Source: Minisyncoccia bacterium (lineage in GTDB: Bacteria; Patescibacteriota; Minisyncoccia; Phycocordibacterales; UBA918). From it: a stretch of 64,000 nucleotides of DNA. The notes beneath the pieces were generated by a model. It ran no database searches. It was not told where the DNA came from and saw only the letters and a list, made by a program, of their open reading frames with translations. Numbering within the stretch: the stretch's first letter is position 1; each line of letters opens with the position of its first letter. Positions 9,881-20,559 of this stretch are shown in pieces. The translations under genes and the position numbers were made by a program. Where the stretch lies: positions 235,446 through 299,445 of the forward strand of contig JBKBPM010000001.1 of NCBI GenBank assembly GCA_046293175.1. Direction: 5' to 3'.

Positions 9881-10007
9881 AGCCCGGGCGCGTGAGGGGA
9901 TACCTATCCTCGCGCGCCCGCTTTCGTTTGTGGTTGCAAAAAGACAGTCTCGCGGTAGGATAGGGGCAGACAGGTAGTGGCTCGAACAGTGAAAGGTGGG
10001 AAAGACA

Positions 10008-10376
10008 ATGGTCGATATCGACTGCCGACTAGCACACATCAGTGTCAACAAGACTATGATCTACGGTATCACCCCATCCCTCCCCGGGTACGAGATGACG
10101 CCGAAGCAACTGTACTATGGTCAGACAGAGTGGCGGAATGATCCAGCAGCATGGATTGATTCCGCTTGGACAAGAACAAAAACCTTCAGGTCGCTGAAGT
10201 ATGATCTCTTTCTGCCGAATGCTGAGTATTTGTTTGGGGCCGTGGGCTTTACCTGTATTTTGTTTCGAATCACTCGGGACTCGTCGCTATCTCAAGAGTT
10301 TGGACATCGACGGGCGCCGCACCTACGCGCCCTCCGGCAGCTGGCTGCTATGCTGCAAGCAGTGAAAGTAGACTAA
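10008..10376 (+). CDS. Hypothetical protein
   Basis: Open frame followed by hairpin caaccccgta..tacggggttg. Confidence 0.45.
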   Translation: MVDIDCRLAHISVNKTMIYGITPSLPGYEMTPKQLYYGQTEWRNDPAAWIDSAWTRTKTFRSLKYDLFLPNAEYLFGAVGFTCILFRITRDSSLSQEFGHRRAPHLRALRQLAAMLQAVKVD

Positions 10377-10501
10377 GCAACCCCGTATTCCGTACGGGGT
10401 TGAACTTGTTTTAGGCTACTTATGTTTTTGGTCGTACAGGGTAGTATGAGTTTGGACAAAGGAGGAATGGCCCATGTCACATCTTGTGAGAGTGGTTCTG
10501 G

Positions 10502-12571
10502 CTAGTTAGTGTGGCGGATTGATTCTTTGATATCAAACCGTGGGTTCACTTTTTTGCCAGGGTTGAAGATATCGTCTGGGTCAAAGATCGCTTCGGTCTT
10601 TACGAAGAGATCAAGGAGAGGCTTTTTGAATAACTTTGAGAGGTGTGGTGTGCGGATGATACCGTCGTTGTGCTCGCCGCAGATATTACCTTTGTACTTG
10701 ATAGCGGTATTGTAGAAACGTTCGGCCATACGTTCGATGAGGAGCGGGGTATTGGCTTTGGTGAAGTCTAAGAGCGGATAGAAGTGGAAGTGACCATTGC
10801 CACCATGGCCATGAATGGCAGACTTCACATTAAACTCCTTAAAGAGTGACTTAATCTCCATGAAGAACTTACCGAGGTTCTCAGGCGGCACGGTCATGTC
10901 TTCGAGAAAAGCAGCGGGGCGCTTCTCGGGGTCAAGCAGTTTTGAAAGTGAGAAACTCGCACGGCGAATCTGGAGGAACATCTCGACCTCGCTTGGGTTT
11001 TTAATCACCCGGGCTTTGGCGCCTGGTGCAGACACTTTGGCTGCGATTTCTTGAGCTGGTGTGGCCTTCGTGGTCGCTTCATCGAGGGTGATAAGGATGG
11101 TGAACTCTGGTGTCTGGCGACCAAAGCGAATATGGAAGGTCGTGTACATCGAGAGGATGACCTTGTAGTAGTCCATACCTTGGAGACGAGTCTTAAAGAA
11201 GTCTGGATTCTTCAGTGCAAGGTCAAACGTGAGTGCGTCAAAGATTTCGACATTGATTGGATTGTACTTCAGTGCTGTCACGATAGACTTCGCAGCATCA
11301 TCAAGCTTAAAGAGGGGGAGGGCGATCAAGGTCGTGTTCTTTTGAATCTTGATGGCCTTGATGGTGAGATTTACGATGATACCAACCGTGCCCTGACTAC
11401 CAGAGATGATACGACCGAGATCAAAGGTGCCTTTACCTTTTTTGAAATCTTCGACATTTGTTGAAATCACATCCCAGAGCGCGTAGCCAGCTGAGTTCTT
11501 TTGTGTTTTTGGACGACCATTTTCGATGAGTGACTCATTCTTCTCAATCATTGCAAAGATTTCGCGAGCGATACGAGCGTAGGCGTGCTTTTCTTTGGTG
11601 AGGGACTTCAGTTCCTTGTACGAGAGAGGCTTCAGTGTATAGGTATTACCGTCATGGAGTACGACATCCATGGACTCGACCCATTCGGCACAATGACCGT
11701 AGCGAAGTGAGTCGGGGCCGGCGGCGTTGTTCGCAATCGAACCACCAATTGTGCAGATGTCCTTTGATGAGGTGTATGAGGGAATATACGAATCAACCTT
11801 ACGTAACTTCTTTTCGACATCACGCCACATCGCGCCAGGTTCGCAAACAATCGTCGCGCCTTCTTTGGTCGACTTCGCTTCAGCGATATGGGTGAGGTGG
11901 GGGGCGACATCAATCACAATGGAGTCCGTGAGTGATCCACCCGAAAGGCCAGTACCTGCGGCACGTGGGGTGAGCGAGAGAGAGGTAAAGCGCTTGGTCT
12001 CCACCGCAATGAGCTTCACCGCAGTCTCGACATCTTTACGGTCTTTTGGTTGGATGACTATCTGTGGTTGGATATAGAAAATACTTTCGTCGGTACTGTA
12101 CTTCTCAAGTACCTTACGGTCACTGCTGATACCTCCACGAAAACCGGCTTCGCGCAGTTTCTTTTCAAGGAGTAGGTGACCAAGGGGGTGACGCTTGATA
12201 GCGATTTTGTCTTTGTTTGAAATGGCACGTGATGGTACCCACGAGAGTGGTGGATGTTCGTGGTCATGTACCACTGCTGATTCAGGGGTTGGTTCTTTAA
12301 GCGGAGTGGCTTTGGTCTTGGGAGTCTTTTTGGCTGCAGGTTTTTTTACGGTTACTTTTTTGGTCTTTACCTTGGTGGCAGTTTTGGTTGGGAGCTTTAC
12401 GCTTACTTTTTCGGTGGTTTCAGCACTGACATACAAATCCGGATCGACAGTTGTCGCTTCGAGGTTTGGTCGCTTTTTTGCTTTTGGAGTGACTTTTTTT
12501 ACGATCGCTCCTTTACGCTTTCTAGTAGGTGCTTCGTCGATATCCACGACAGTTAAAGAACGCAATGCCAT
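10502..12571 (-). CDS. FAD-linked oxidoreductase (GlcD/D-lactate dehydrogenase family) with Lys-rich N-terminal extension
   Basis: RAAGTGLSGG, CTIGGSIANNAAG, GSQGTVG, HGHGGNGHFH, GEHNDG, DIFNPGK. Confidence 0.9.
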   Translation of the reverse strand: MALRSLTVVDIDEAPTRKRKGAIVKKVTPKAKKRPNLEATTVDPDLYVSAETTEKVSVKLPTKTATKVKTKKVTVKKPAAKKTPKTKATPLKEPTPESAVVHDHEHPPLSWVPSRAISNKDKIAIKRHPLGHLLLEKKLREAGFRGGISSDRKVLEKYSTDESIFYIQPQIVIQPKDRKDVETAVKLIAVETKRFTSLSLTPRAAGTGLSGGSLTDSIVIDVAPHLTHIAEAKSTKEGATIVCEPGAMWRDVEKKLRKVDSYIPSYTSSKDICTIGGSIANNAAGPDSLRYGHCAEWVESMDVVLHDGNTYTLKPLSYKELKSLTKEKHAYARIAREIFAMIEKNESLIENGRPKTQKNSAGYALWDVISTNVEDFKKGKGTFDLGRIISGSQGTVGIIVNLTIKAIKIQKNTTLIALPLFKLDDAAKSIVTALKYNPINVEIFDALTFDLALKNPDFFKTRLQGMDYYKVILSMYTTFHIRFGRQTPEFTILITLDEATTKATPAQEIAAKVSAPGAKARVIKNPSEVEMFLQIRRASFSLSKLLDPEKRPAAFLEDMTVPPENLGKFFMEIKSLFKEFNVKSAIHGHGGNGHFHFYPLLDFTKANTPLLIERMAERFYNTAIKYKGNICGEHNDGIIRTPHLSKLFKKPLLDLFVKTEAIFDPDDIFNPGKKVNPRFDIKESIRHTN

Positions 12572-12809
12572 ATATAGAAGTAGTATACCGTAGCGCTGAT
12601 TTTTTTCGGTAGAAAATAGTTATGATGTGTGAATTAAAAAATGAAATCCCCCAATAGCGCGAACGCATGTGGGGGTCGAAGCGGCAGGGCCGCGGGTCGT
12701 CTTAGGTGTCGTGTAGGTTGAACTATTGCTCAGTTACGCGAGCGGAACATTTTTACTCACATAAGGTCGTCATCAAGGTGACCTGTTTGCGCTTGGTTTG
12801 TTGGTTGAC

Positions 12810-13085
12810 TTAGAAGCGCTTGTTGTGTCCAGCCTCAGTCAGGCTGAACACGTTTTCGTCATCGGGCTTCTCCACCAGACCCTGACGAATCAGGAAATTG
12901 AGAAGCCGCTTGACGCGAGCCTTGCGATGGTCTTCAGACATCGCGTCAGTGCCAATCGAGGAACGATTATCCCAGCCTTCATCGACGATTTCATCGATCG
13001 TGAACGCGTGCGGATCGAGGTCCTCGATCAAGTGTTCGAAGAGCCTCATGGCGTCGTCGGTGTCGCGGGTAACGATGTTCTGCAT
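12810..13085 (-). CDS. Small winged-helix-like hypothetical protein
   Basis: RLLNFLIRQGLVEK..FSLTEAG; SD and TTGACT/TATAAT promoter upstream. Confidence 0.6.
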   Translation of the reverse strand: MQNIVTRDTDDAMRLFEHLIEDLDPHAFTIDEIVDEGWDNRSSIGTDAMSEDHRKARVKRLLNFLIRQGLVEKPDDENVFSLTEAGHNKRF

Positions 13086-13222
13086 GGTGTGTTCTCCTTA
13101 AGGGAAAAGCACAACAGGTCTTTCGTCTAGATCATTTGAACGAACTGATTGTATGGTTCGCATTATACATACCAAAAGTAAAAAGTCAATACATTATATT
13201 ATTGTGATATACTACCCACACT

Positions 13223-14911
13223 ATGAACCAAGCGCGGGCGCTCGATATATTGAAGACCGGAGCGAACGTCTTTCTGACCGGTGAGCCAGGAGCCGGGAAG
13301 ACGTATGTCATCAATCAATACATCGCGTGGCTTGAGGCCTGTGGGCTCTCGGTCGCCGTTACGGCCTCAACTGGTATCGCTGCCACCCACATCGGTGGCA
13401 TGACCATACACTCCTGGAGTGGTGCCGGGGCACGTGATACCCTCACGCAGTACGACCTCGATCAAATTGTCTCGCGGGAAGCGACCGTGAAGCGGGTGAA
13501 AAAAGCGAAGGTACTCGTGATTGATGAAATCTCGATGCTCGATGGGAAGCTCCTTGATATGGTTGATGTGATTTGCCGGACGATTCGGCAGCGCAAAGAT
13601 GCGTTCGGGGGATTGCAGGTGATTTTCGTGGGTGACTTCTTTCAGTTGCCACCGGTGACAAGACAAGGAGAAATGATGCGCTACGCGTTTGAATCACGAG
13701 CGTGGCTTGAGGCGCGACCACTCGTCTGCTACCTCACCGAGCAACACCGTCAGGAGGATGAGCTCCTGCTCTCGCTGTTGTCGTCGATTAGGCGTAATGA
13801 CATTGAAGAAAGTCACTACACGCTCCTTAATGAACAGACTGATATTGTGTATGAAGGAATTGAACCCACTCGTCTTTATACGCACAACGCTGACGTCGAT
13901 GCGGTCAATGCGACAAAACTCGCCGCGCTCCCGGGGCGCGCTCGCACATACACCATGTCAGGGCGAGGGAGTAAACCACTGCTTGAAGTCTTGGTAAAGA
14001 ACTGTCTTTCACCAGAGACACTGACCCTAAAGGAAGATGCGATGGTTATGTGCACAAAGAATAATTTTGAGGCAGGGTATGTAAACGGCACCTTGGCGCG
14101 CGTCACAGCCTTTGATGCGGGTGGTAAGCCGATTATTGAAACGATCGAAGGCCGGAAGATTGTCATGGAGACGACGACCTGGGACGTCATTGAAGACGGC
14201 AAGATACGTGCCTCAATCGAACAGTATCCGCTGCGACTCGCGTGGGCGATTACGGTCCATAAGTCACAGGGGATGAGTCTTGATGCCGCTGAGGTCGATC
14301 TCTCTCGTGCTTTTGTCTTTGGACAGGGGTACGTGGCGCTATCTCGGGTGCGGAGTTTGGCGGGACTGAAGGTCCTTGGGATGCACCCAAATGCGCTCCA
14401 GGTCGACCCAAAGGTGGTGAACAAAGACAAACAATTTCGTGCCGACTCAGAGACGGCGGAAGATACGTTTCTCGCGATGCAAGACGAGGAGCTCCTTACG
14501 CTCCATACCCAGTTTGTGACTGCCCTTGGCGGCAAGCTCCCGTCAGCTGATACCGTGATTGTCGCTGGCAAGCGTGCGGTTAAGGAGCGGTTGAAGAAGC
14601 TCTCGACCTACGAAGAGACAAAATTGCGCTGGCAGGATGGCAAGACGCTTAAGGCGATTGCTAAAGAGCGCGAGATAGCGATTGGTACTATTATTGAACA
14701 TATCGATAAGCTCGTGGAGGGTGGGGAATTAACCGTGGATGATTTGACTCGCGCGGTGCGCGAGCTTGATCCTGATGGCGTTGGCGAGGCAGCGATTGTG
14801 AAAGCCATCAAAGAAATTGGTGACGAGAAACTAAAACCGCTGTACGAAGCGACGGGCGAGCAGTATGGGTACGATCTGATTCGCTTAGTCCGCGCCCTCT
14901 ATCGAAAATAA
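13223..14911 (+). CDS. PIF1/RecD-like SF1B helicase with C-terminal HTH
   Basis: GEPGAGKT, IDEISM, GDFFQLPPV, LAWAITVHKSQGMSLD, YVALSR. Confidence 0.93.
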   Translation: MNQARALDILKTGANVFLTGEPGAGKTYVINQYIAWLEACGLSVAVTASTGIAATHIGGMTIHSWSGAGARDTLTQYDLDQIVSREATVKRVKKAKVLVIDEISMLDGKLLDMVDVICRTIRQRKDAFGGLQVIFVGDFFQLPPVTRQGEMMRYAFESRAWLEARPLVCYLTEQHRQEDELLLSLLSSIRRNDIEESHYTLLNEQTDIVYEGIEPTRLYTHNADVDAVNATKLAALPGRARTYTMSGRGSKPLLEVLVKNCLSPETLTLKEDAMVMCTKNNFEAGYVNGTLARVTAFDAGGKPIIETIEGRKIVMETTTWDVIEDGKIRASIEQYPLRLAWAITVHKSQGMSLDAAEVDLSRAFVFGQGYVALSRVRSLAGLKVLGMHPNALQVDPKVVNKDKQFRADSETAEDTFLAMQDEELLTLHTQFVTALGGKLPSADTVIVAGKRAVKERLKKLSTYEETKLRWQDGKTLKAIAKEREIAIGTIIEHIDKLVEGGELTVDDLTRAVRELDPDGVGEAAIVKAIKEIGDEKLKPLYEATGEQYGYDLIRLVRALYRK

Positions 14912-15033
14912 AGTGTGGCCAAAACCGCCTGATACTGCGTCAGGTTGCAATCGAAAACATTCACCATATATTTAATACGTTTCATATTTTCTCATTTACC
15001 TTCTTTGTCTGCGACGATTTTTGACACACTTTA
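14909..15033. repeat. ERIC-like imperfect palindrome, copy B (125 bp)
   Basis: TAAAGTGTG...CACACTTTA ends beginning at the helicase TAA; TCAC-CATAT-loop-ATACG-TTTC core. Confidence 0.75.
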
Positions 15034-15074
15034 AGTTACTTTATTAAAAGTTTTTTGAGCTATTTACATTTGTT

Positions 15075-15548
15075 ATGAAGCAGTTGTGGAGTACGATAAA
15101 ACGTCGCGTCGCGAAAAAGCGACGGTCGGCACCAACACCGAATCCGAAGCGTACCGCCTACCTCAATCACAAAGAGGCCGCGCGGGCACTCTTGGTACCA
15201 ATGATAGAGGCTGAAGCTCTCCGTATTGGGGTGACGTATGGCCGTGTATCTATCAAGGACACGAAGCGCTGCTGGGGGAGCTGTTCGGCAAAAGGGAATC
15301 TCAATTTTCATTACAAGCTCCAGTTCTTACCGGAACACCTCACCCGGTATGTGGTCATTCATGAGCTCTGTCACCGCAAACACCTTAATCATAGCGAGGC
15401 ATTTTGGACCGAGGTCGCGCTTTGGTGTGAGGATGTGTCGGGCTGCCGCCGTGAGCTTCGCCATATTGAGCGACACATTGGTATGTCCAGGGAAAAGCTA
15501 GTGGCGTACCGGGATAGTCATGTTGTTACTACCTCGACAGCAGACTAG
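15075..15548 (+). CDS. YgjP/DUF45 metal-dependent hydrolase
   Basis: WGSCS, YVVIHELCH, NHSEAFW. Confidence 0.9.
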   Translation: MKQLWSTIKRRVAKKRRSAPTPNPKRTAYLNHKEAARALLVPMIEAEALRIGVTYGRVSIKDTKRCWGSCSAKGNLNFHYKLQFLPEHLTRYVVIHELCHRKHLNHSEAFWTEVALWCEDVSGCRRELRHIERHIGMSREKLVAYRDSHVVTTSTAD

Positions 15549-15587
15549 TTTTCTGGGGATTTACTAATCTGGTATACTGGCGGGGTT

Positions 15588-16841
15588 ATGCGAAATATTT
15601 TCCTTGCCGTTTGGCTATTACTCGGTATCTTTTCCGTCTTTACGATACTACCTGCAACCACTCCAAATGCGGTAGTGGCGAGTACCGAAGGGATTGTCGT
15701 AAGCGAGCCAATGGGGTCAGGGATGGTTTACCTTTTTGGCCGTGACTCGTGTGGTTTTTGTAAAGCAGAAAAGGAATTTTTAAGCGAGGAGAAAATACCC
15801 TATACGTATTTAAATATCGTTGAGGACGAGGCAGCAAAAGCGCTGTATGATCAAGTAACCGCGAAGCATAACTTGAGTAAGGTAACCCCAGTTACTGTCA
15901 TTGGTGAACGAGTGTTCCTTGGCTTCAATAGTCCTGATACGACCGGGCGAGAGATGAAAGAGGCGATTAAAGCGGCACAAAACAGTGATGTGCTAACAGT
16001 CGAAGATCACCTCAAGTTTGCACCAGTGCAGGAAGTGGCCTTTGGTGGTGGGTGTTCGGATATCGGTTGTACAGCAGCGACAGCCTCATATGTATTTGAT
16101 TTGCCACTCATTGGCACGGTTGATTTGAAATCGTTTTCACTATTTACGCTCTCGCTTCTCCTTGGCACTATCGATGGTTTTAACCCCTGTGCGATGTGGG
16201 TTCTCATTACCTTCCTCATGCTCTTGGCTCAGGCGGGGAGTCGGCAGAAGATGCTCTTCCTTGCCGGTCTCTTTATTGTGGCTGAGGCTATCATGTACAA
16301 CCTCATCCTTAACGTCTGGTATAAGACCTGGGACTTTGTGGCGCTTGATGAGATTGTGACGCCACTTGTTGGTATCTTGGCCCTCTCGGGAGGAACATTT
16401 TTCCTCTACCGCTGGTACCGTAGTTCAGCGACCGCGCTCGTGTGCGATATCACGGATATCGATTCTCAGACGAAGACCATTGGCAAATTGAAGGCGGTCA
16501 TCAATCAGCCACTTACTATCACCACGGTGCTTGCGATTATTGTTATTGCCTTTTCGGTCAATATTATTGAGTTCGCTTGCTCTATCGGTATCCCACAGGC
16601 GTACACGAAGATTCTTGACCTCAATATGCTCACCTTCCTTGAGCGACAGTGGTACATTCTCGTCTATACCTTTGGTTACATGATCGATGACTTTGTAGTC
16701 TTTGGACTGGCTATTTGGGGCTTTACCCGGCTTGAAGCGCACGGGGCCAAATACTCACGACTCTCGCTCTTGATTGGTGGGGTACTCATGTTGATTCTCG
16801 GTTTGATTATGGTGTTTAATCCTGATTTGTTGGTGTTGTAA
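15588..16841 (+). CDS. Glutaredoxin domain plus DsbD/CcdA-like membrane domain protein
   Basis: CGFC motif, DGFNPCAMW, EFACS, multiple TMs. Confidence 0.85.
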   Translation: MRNIFLAVWLLLGIFSVFTILPATTPNAVVASTEGIVVSEPMGSGMVYLFGRDSCGFCKAEKEFLSEEKIPYTYLNIVEDEAAKALYDQVTAKHNLSKVTPVTVIGERVFLGFNSPDTTGREMKEAIKAAQNSDVLTVEDHLKFAPVQEVAFGGGCSDIGCTAATASYVFDLPLIGTVDLKSFSLFTLSLLLGTIDGFNPCAMWVLITFLMLLAQAGSRQKMLFLAGLFIVAEAIMYNLILNVWYKTWDFVALDEIVTPLVGILALSGGTFFLYRWYRSSATALVCDITDIDSQTKTIGKLKAVINQPLTITTVLAIIVIAFSVNIIEFACSIGIPQAYTKILDLNMLTFLERQWYILVYTFGYMIDDFVVFGLAIWGFTRLEAHGAKYSRLSLLIGGVLMLILGLIMVFNPDLLVL

Positions 16842-16850
16842 GTAGTACTT

Positions 16851-17792
16851 ATGATTTCATTGATGTTAGTACAGTGGGGAGTGATGTTGGCGATGTCGCT
16901 GTATGTGCTCATCAAAGGAGCGGATATATTTCTTGATGGAACCAAGTTGGTAGGACGAGCACTTGGCATGAGTGCATTTACCATTGGTATTTTGATTGTC
17001 GGATTTGGTACGTCACTTCCTGAATTAGCTTCATCAATTGCTGGAGTACTGCAGGGAGCAAGTGAGTTAGCAGCAGCGAATGTGGTTGGCTCTAATATCA
17101 CCAATATACTGCTCATTGTTGGTTTGATGGCAGTTATCGCAGGGCGTCTCGCGTTTAATCAGGATATCCTCAAAACTGAGCTACCGCTGTTTGTGATATC
17201 GCAAGCAATCTTGGTGGCCGTGATTGCAGACGGTACAGTTGACCGGATTGACGCAGGCTTTGTGCTCGCAATTTTTGCAGCGTATCTGTGGTACATTATT
17301 GTAGAGGCCAAGCAAGGCGATACAGAAGACAATAAACGACCAAAGCTGCATCCGAAGACTCTCCTTATGATGCTGCTTGGACTTGGTGCCGTTTTGGTAG
17401 GTGCTCACTACACGGTTGAGATGGCAGTCAATATCGCCACAGCTTTAACCATTCCAGTTGGTCTTGTATCTATCACCGCAGTGGCGATTGGGACATCATT
17501 ACCCGAACTTATGGTGGGCATTCAGTCCGTGCGAAAAAAGGAAATGGAAATGGCTGTTGGGAATATTTTTGGTTCCAATACCTTTAATGCACTCGTGGTC
17601 ATCGGTATCCCCGCCCTCATTGCGCCACTAACCGTTGATGCGGTAGTACTTGGACTTGGTATTTGGTTTATGCTGGCCGCTTCACTCATGATTTTTGTGA
17701 TTGGACTATCACGTCAGGTGATGCGCTGGGAAGGGCTTATGATGCTCATTTTCTTTGCCTACTTCTTGACGAAGCTTGCCGTATTTTTGTAG
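16851..17792 (+). CDS. Ca2+/Na+ antiporter (YrbG family)
   Basis: Two GTSLPEL...GSN alpha repeats. Confidence 0.93.
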   Translation: MISLMLVQWGVMLAMSLYVLIKGADIFLDGTKLVGRALGMSAFTIGILIVGFGTSLPELASSIAGVLQGASELAAANVVGSNITNILLIVGLMAVIAGRLAFNQDILKTELPLFVISQAILVAVIADGTVDRIDAGFVLAIFAAYLWYIIVEAKQGDTEDNKRPKLHPKTLLMMLLGLGAVLVGAHYTVEMAVNIATALTIPVGLVSITAVAIGTSLPELMVGIQSVRKKEMEMAVGNIFGSNTFNALVVIGIPALIAPLTVDAVVLGLGIWFMLAASLMIFVIGLSRQVMRWEGLMMLIFFAYFLTKLAVFL

Positions 17793-17801
17793 GATGCGGA
17801 C

Positions 17802-18512
17802 ATGACAGTCCCCGAAAACATCCTCCTCATCGATAAGCCAAAGGGCCTCACGTCCTTTGGGGTGGTGGCGCGCGTCCGGCGGATACTTGAGGTAAAAAAA
17901 GCCGGTCACGCCGGTACACTTGATCCACTTGCGACCGGTCTCATGGTCATTGGAGTAGGGTCAGGCACAAAGACGCTCACCAGTCTCGTGAAGCTTGATA
18001 AAGAGTACATAGCCGAGATACTCATCGGCCAAAGGCGGAGTACCGGTGACATGGAAGGGGAAGTACTGGAGGAAAAAGAAGTGCCCGTACAGATTCCGCT
18101 TGATACTATTGCGACCACACTTAAAAGTTTGCTTGGCGATATCGTACTTTCAGTCTCGGCCTATAGTGCTATCAAAGTTGATGGTGTCCCAATGTACAAA
18201 CGAGCACGCATCGCAAAGAAAAAAGGTGAGCACGCCGCGGGTGTGCCCGAGCGTGCAATGCGCGTAGATGCAGCCGAAATCCGCGCGAACGATTCTGTTA
18301 TATATGAGAGTAAACAATTCCAGTTGGTGACAGTGCGTTTTGCGGTAGGGAGTGGGACGTATATTCGTTCACTGGCCGAAGAGCTCGGGCGGCGGCTCGG
18401 CTACCCGGCAACACTGTTTAACTTGAGGCGTACCAAAGTGGGGGAGTTTTTGATTGAAGATTCTGTAACGCTTGAAGCATTGGCAGCCGCTCACAGCAAG
18501 AAATTATTTTGA
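17802..18512 (+). CDS. truB: tRNA pseudouridine-55 synthase
   Basis: DKPKGLTS, GHAGTLDPLATG, YSAIKVDG, GTYIRSL. Confidence 0.96.
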   Translation: MTVPENILLIDKPKGLTSFGVVARVRRILEVKKAGHAGTLDPLATGLMVIGVGSGTKTLTSLVKLDKEYIAEILIGQRRSTGDMEGEVLEEKEVPVQIPLDTIATTLKSLLGDIVLSVSAYSAIKVDGVPMYKRARIAKKKGEHAAGVPERAMRVDAAEIRANDSVIYESKQFQLVTVRFAVGSGTYIRSLAEELGRRLGYPATLFNLRRTKVGEFLIEDSVTLEALAAAHSKKLF

Positions 18513-18573
18513 TGTAAAAAAATAGAGCCGGGCGCACATGGTGCGTCCGGACTCTTGCTTGTTGTCGCCTGCC

Positions 18574-18879
18574 TCAGGCGAAGATAGGCTCGTCTTTGTC
18601 GATGATCTTCAAGCGTTCGATCTTGGTTCTTGTCAGATCGATGCGCTGTTCGTGGAAGTCAGAGAAAGGTACCAACATATCCACGAGTCGGCGCTGCGTC
18701 TGCTGGTCATCAGAGTAGAGGATGAAATCACCTCGTGAAGTGATACCAGCCTTCAAGCTCTCGCCGACCACTCGCCGCAAGCGGTAGAGGTCGGCTTTGA
18801 GCGTTCCTCGTGACTCAAACACCGCTTTAGGGGCAGCCAAAGCGATGAACTCGTGACTGGGTTTCTTCGAACTTGCCAT
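18574..18879 (-). CDS. Hypothetical protein
   Basis: ORF with AGGAG SD. Confidence 0.6.
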   Translation of the reverse strand: MASSKKPSHEFIALAAPKAVFESRGTLKADLYRLRRVVGESLKAGITSRGDFILYSDDQQTQRRLVDMLVPFSDFHEQRIDLTRTKIERLKIIDKDEPIFA

Positions 18880-18927
18880 TTTGCTCTCCTGGTTTTTTGT
18901 TCTCCCCCAGGATGTGGCGATTACTCG

Positions 18928-19386
18928 TTACTTCTCAAGCGGCAGCTCAAGTTGAAGTTTCGTGACATATTGTAGGAGTAGATCAGCACCAGGATGGAGT
19001 GTCGCGAGGAGAGAACGAGATTTCTCATCTCGGCCCCCGGCGTTCTTCCAGTTCTGTATTGTGCTGAGCACACTGCCGTAGAGATTTCTGGTTTCCGTCG
19101 ACCAGCCCAATCTCGACTGCTTAGCGTTAAGAAACGCATCACGCAGTTCCTTATAGTTCAAGACCTTCTTTTCTTGTTTAGCAGCCCGGTAGACTCTTGA
19201 AAATTCCCGATCGAGTTCTTGGATGACTACCAGATCCCGTTCAAGTAAGAGCCGCAACGGACGTGCTATCTTGTTGTTCTGGTGCCGGTGGACAGTTACC
19301 AGGAAGGCGTCGACGATGAGCGTTCGGTCGACGAGCAGTGTAATCTTGCTGTAGTCTCCCATGAAGACTCCTTGGTTAATGGACAT
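18928..19386 (-). CDS. Hypothetical protein
   Basis: ORF in a three-gene orphan run; start may be the second Met (19362). Confidence 0.6.
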   Translation of the reverse strand: MSINQGVFMGDYSKITLLVDRTLIVDAFLVTVHRHQNNKIARPLRLLLERDLVVIQELDREFSRVYRAAKQEKKVLNYKELRDAFLNAKQSRLGWSTETRNLYGSVLSTIQNWKNAGGRDEKSRSLLATLHPGADLLLQYVTKLQLELPLEK

Positions 19387-19696
19387 GCTTCGTTCTGTGT
19401 TTGATCACGGTTTCGAATGGCTCGATCACCGCATCGTCATCATCGTCGTCACTTTCAGGTTGCGACTGGATCAATGCCACTCTCGCGACATGACCTGTCG
19501 CCTTCCAGGCGGTGTAGGCGGTTTGGGCCAGGACTTGTTGTAGGTCATCTTTGCACGGTTGACCAACCGGAAAATCACCATCCTGACTGTCGCCAATCAA
19601 GATAAAGATGTGCTGTTCATCAGGGTAGTACCAGACGTCAGCCACATCACCGGTTCTGTCGATTAGTTTGCCGACTAATATAGGAACGGTCATCAT
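19376..19696 (-). CDS. Hypothetical protein with acidic tail
   Basis: GGAGG SD; poly-Asp tract. Confidence 0.6.
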   Translation of the reverse strand: MMTVPILVGKLIDRTGDVADVWYYPDEQHIFILIGDSQDGDFPVGQPCKDDLQQVLAQTAYTAWKATGHVARVALIQSQPESDDDDDDAVIEPFETVIKHRTKHVH

Positions 19697-19779
19697 TACC
19701 TCCGCAAGGTGCTTCTATATGTAGTATACAATAAAAAATAATGATTGTCTAATGAAGTTCGGCGAGCTATAATAGGCAC

Positions 19780-19995
19780 ATGAATTTTGAAAATAATCAC
19801 GAGTCAGAACCTACTATTAACGATTTTATGCGTGAGCGGCAGTATTTTTTAGCCAAATGGACCGCCGAGGGCAACAAAGATGCAGAACCGAGTATAGTTG
19901 AAGGAATCACCAAAGAAGTGTATGAAGGTATCATAGCGCCTCGAGAAGGTATTGCAAGGCTGCATGGGATTGATGATAATCGAATTGAACGCTAG
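19780..19995 (+). CDS. Hypothetical protein
   Basis: TATAAT 6 nt before ATG (leaderless pattern). Confidence 0.55.
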   Translation: MNFENNHESEPTINDFMRERQYFLAKWTAEGNKDAEPSIVEGITKEVYEGIIAPREGIARLHGIDDNRIER

Positions 19996-20010
19996 AACTA
20001 GGAGTTAGTT

Positions 20011-20463
20011 TTAAAACAAACTTTCTACCACCGCCTTAACATCTGCGCCATCGGCTTGTCCGTTGAGGTCTTTCATGAGGGAACCAACAAGCATGCCCAT
20101 CTTTGATTTATCAGTGATACCAAGTTCGGCTTTTTTGGCTTCGGCCAACGGACGAATCGCGTCTCGGCTCATGAGGGTAGGGAGGTAGGCTTCAAGTACG
20201 ACGAGTTCTTCTTTCTCGGGTTCGGAGAGGTCAGTGCGACCAGCCGCTTCGTACTGTTCAATTGAATCCTTGCGCTGCTTGGCCAGTCGCTTGATGACCG
20301 TAAGCACACCTGCGTCATCAAGTTCGCTTTGAGGTGTTTTGCCGGTAGCGACGAGTTCGTTTGTGACAGCTGTCATGATGCTGCGGACGGTGCGGAGTTT
20401 GACTGCATCTTTGGCTTTCATAGCCTCTTTGAGGGAATCACGTAGGGAAGTATGTAATGACAT
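20011..20463 (-). CDS. GatB/YqeY domain protein
   Basis: LKEAMKAKD, KQRKDSIEQY, E..VLEAYLP. Confidence 0.93.
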   Translation of the reverse strand: MSLHTSLRDSLKEAMKAKDAVKLRTVRSIMTAVTNELVATGKTPQSELDDAGVLTVIKRLAKQRKDSIEQYEAAGRTDLSEPEKEELVVLEAYLPTLMSRDAIRPLAEAKKAELGITDKSKMGMLVGSLMKDLNGQADGADVKAVVESLF

Positions 20464-20559
20464 AATTTTTTTGATTTAGTAAGGTGATTGTAGCATATAA
20501 AAGGAAATCCCGGCAGAGCGGGATCTCGAGTCGATATCTCTGACAAACAGCTGCCGTTA

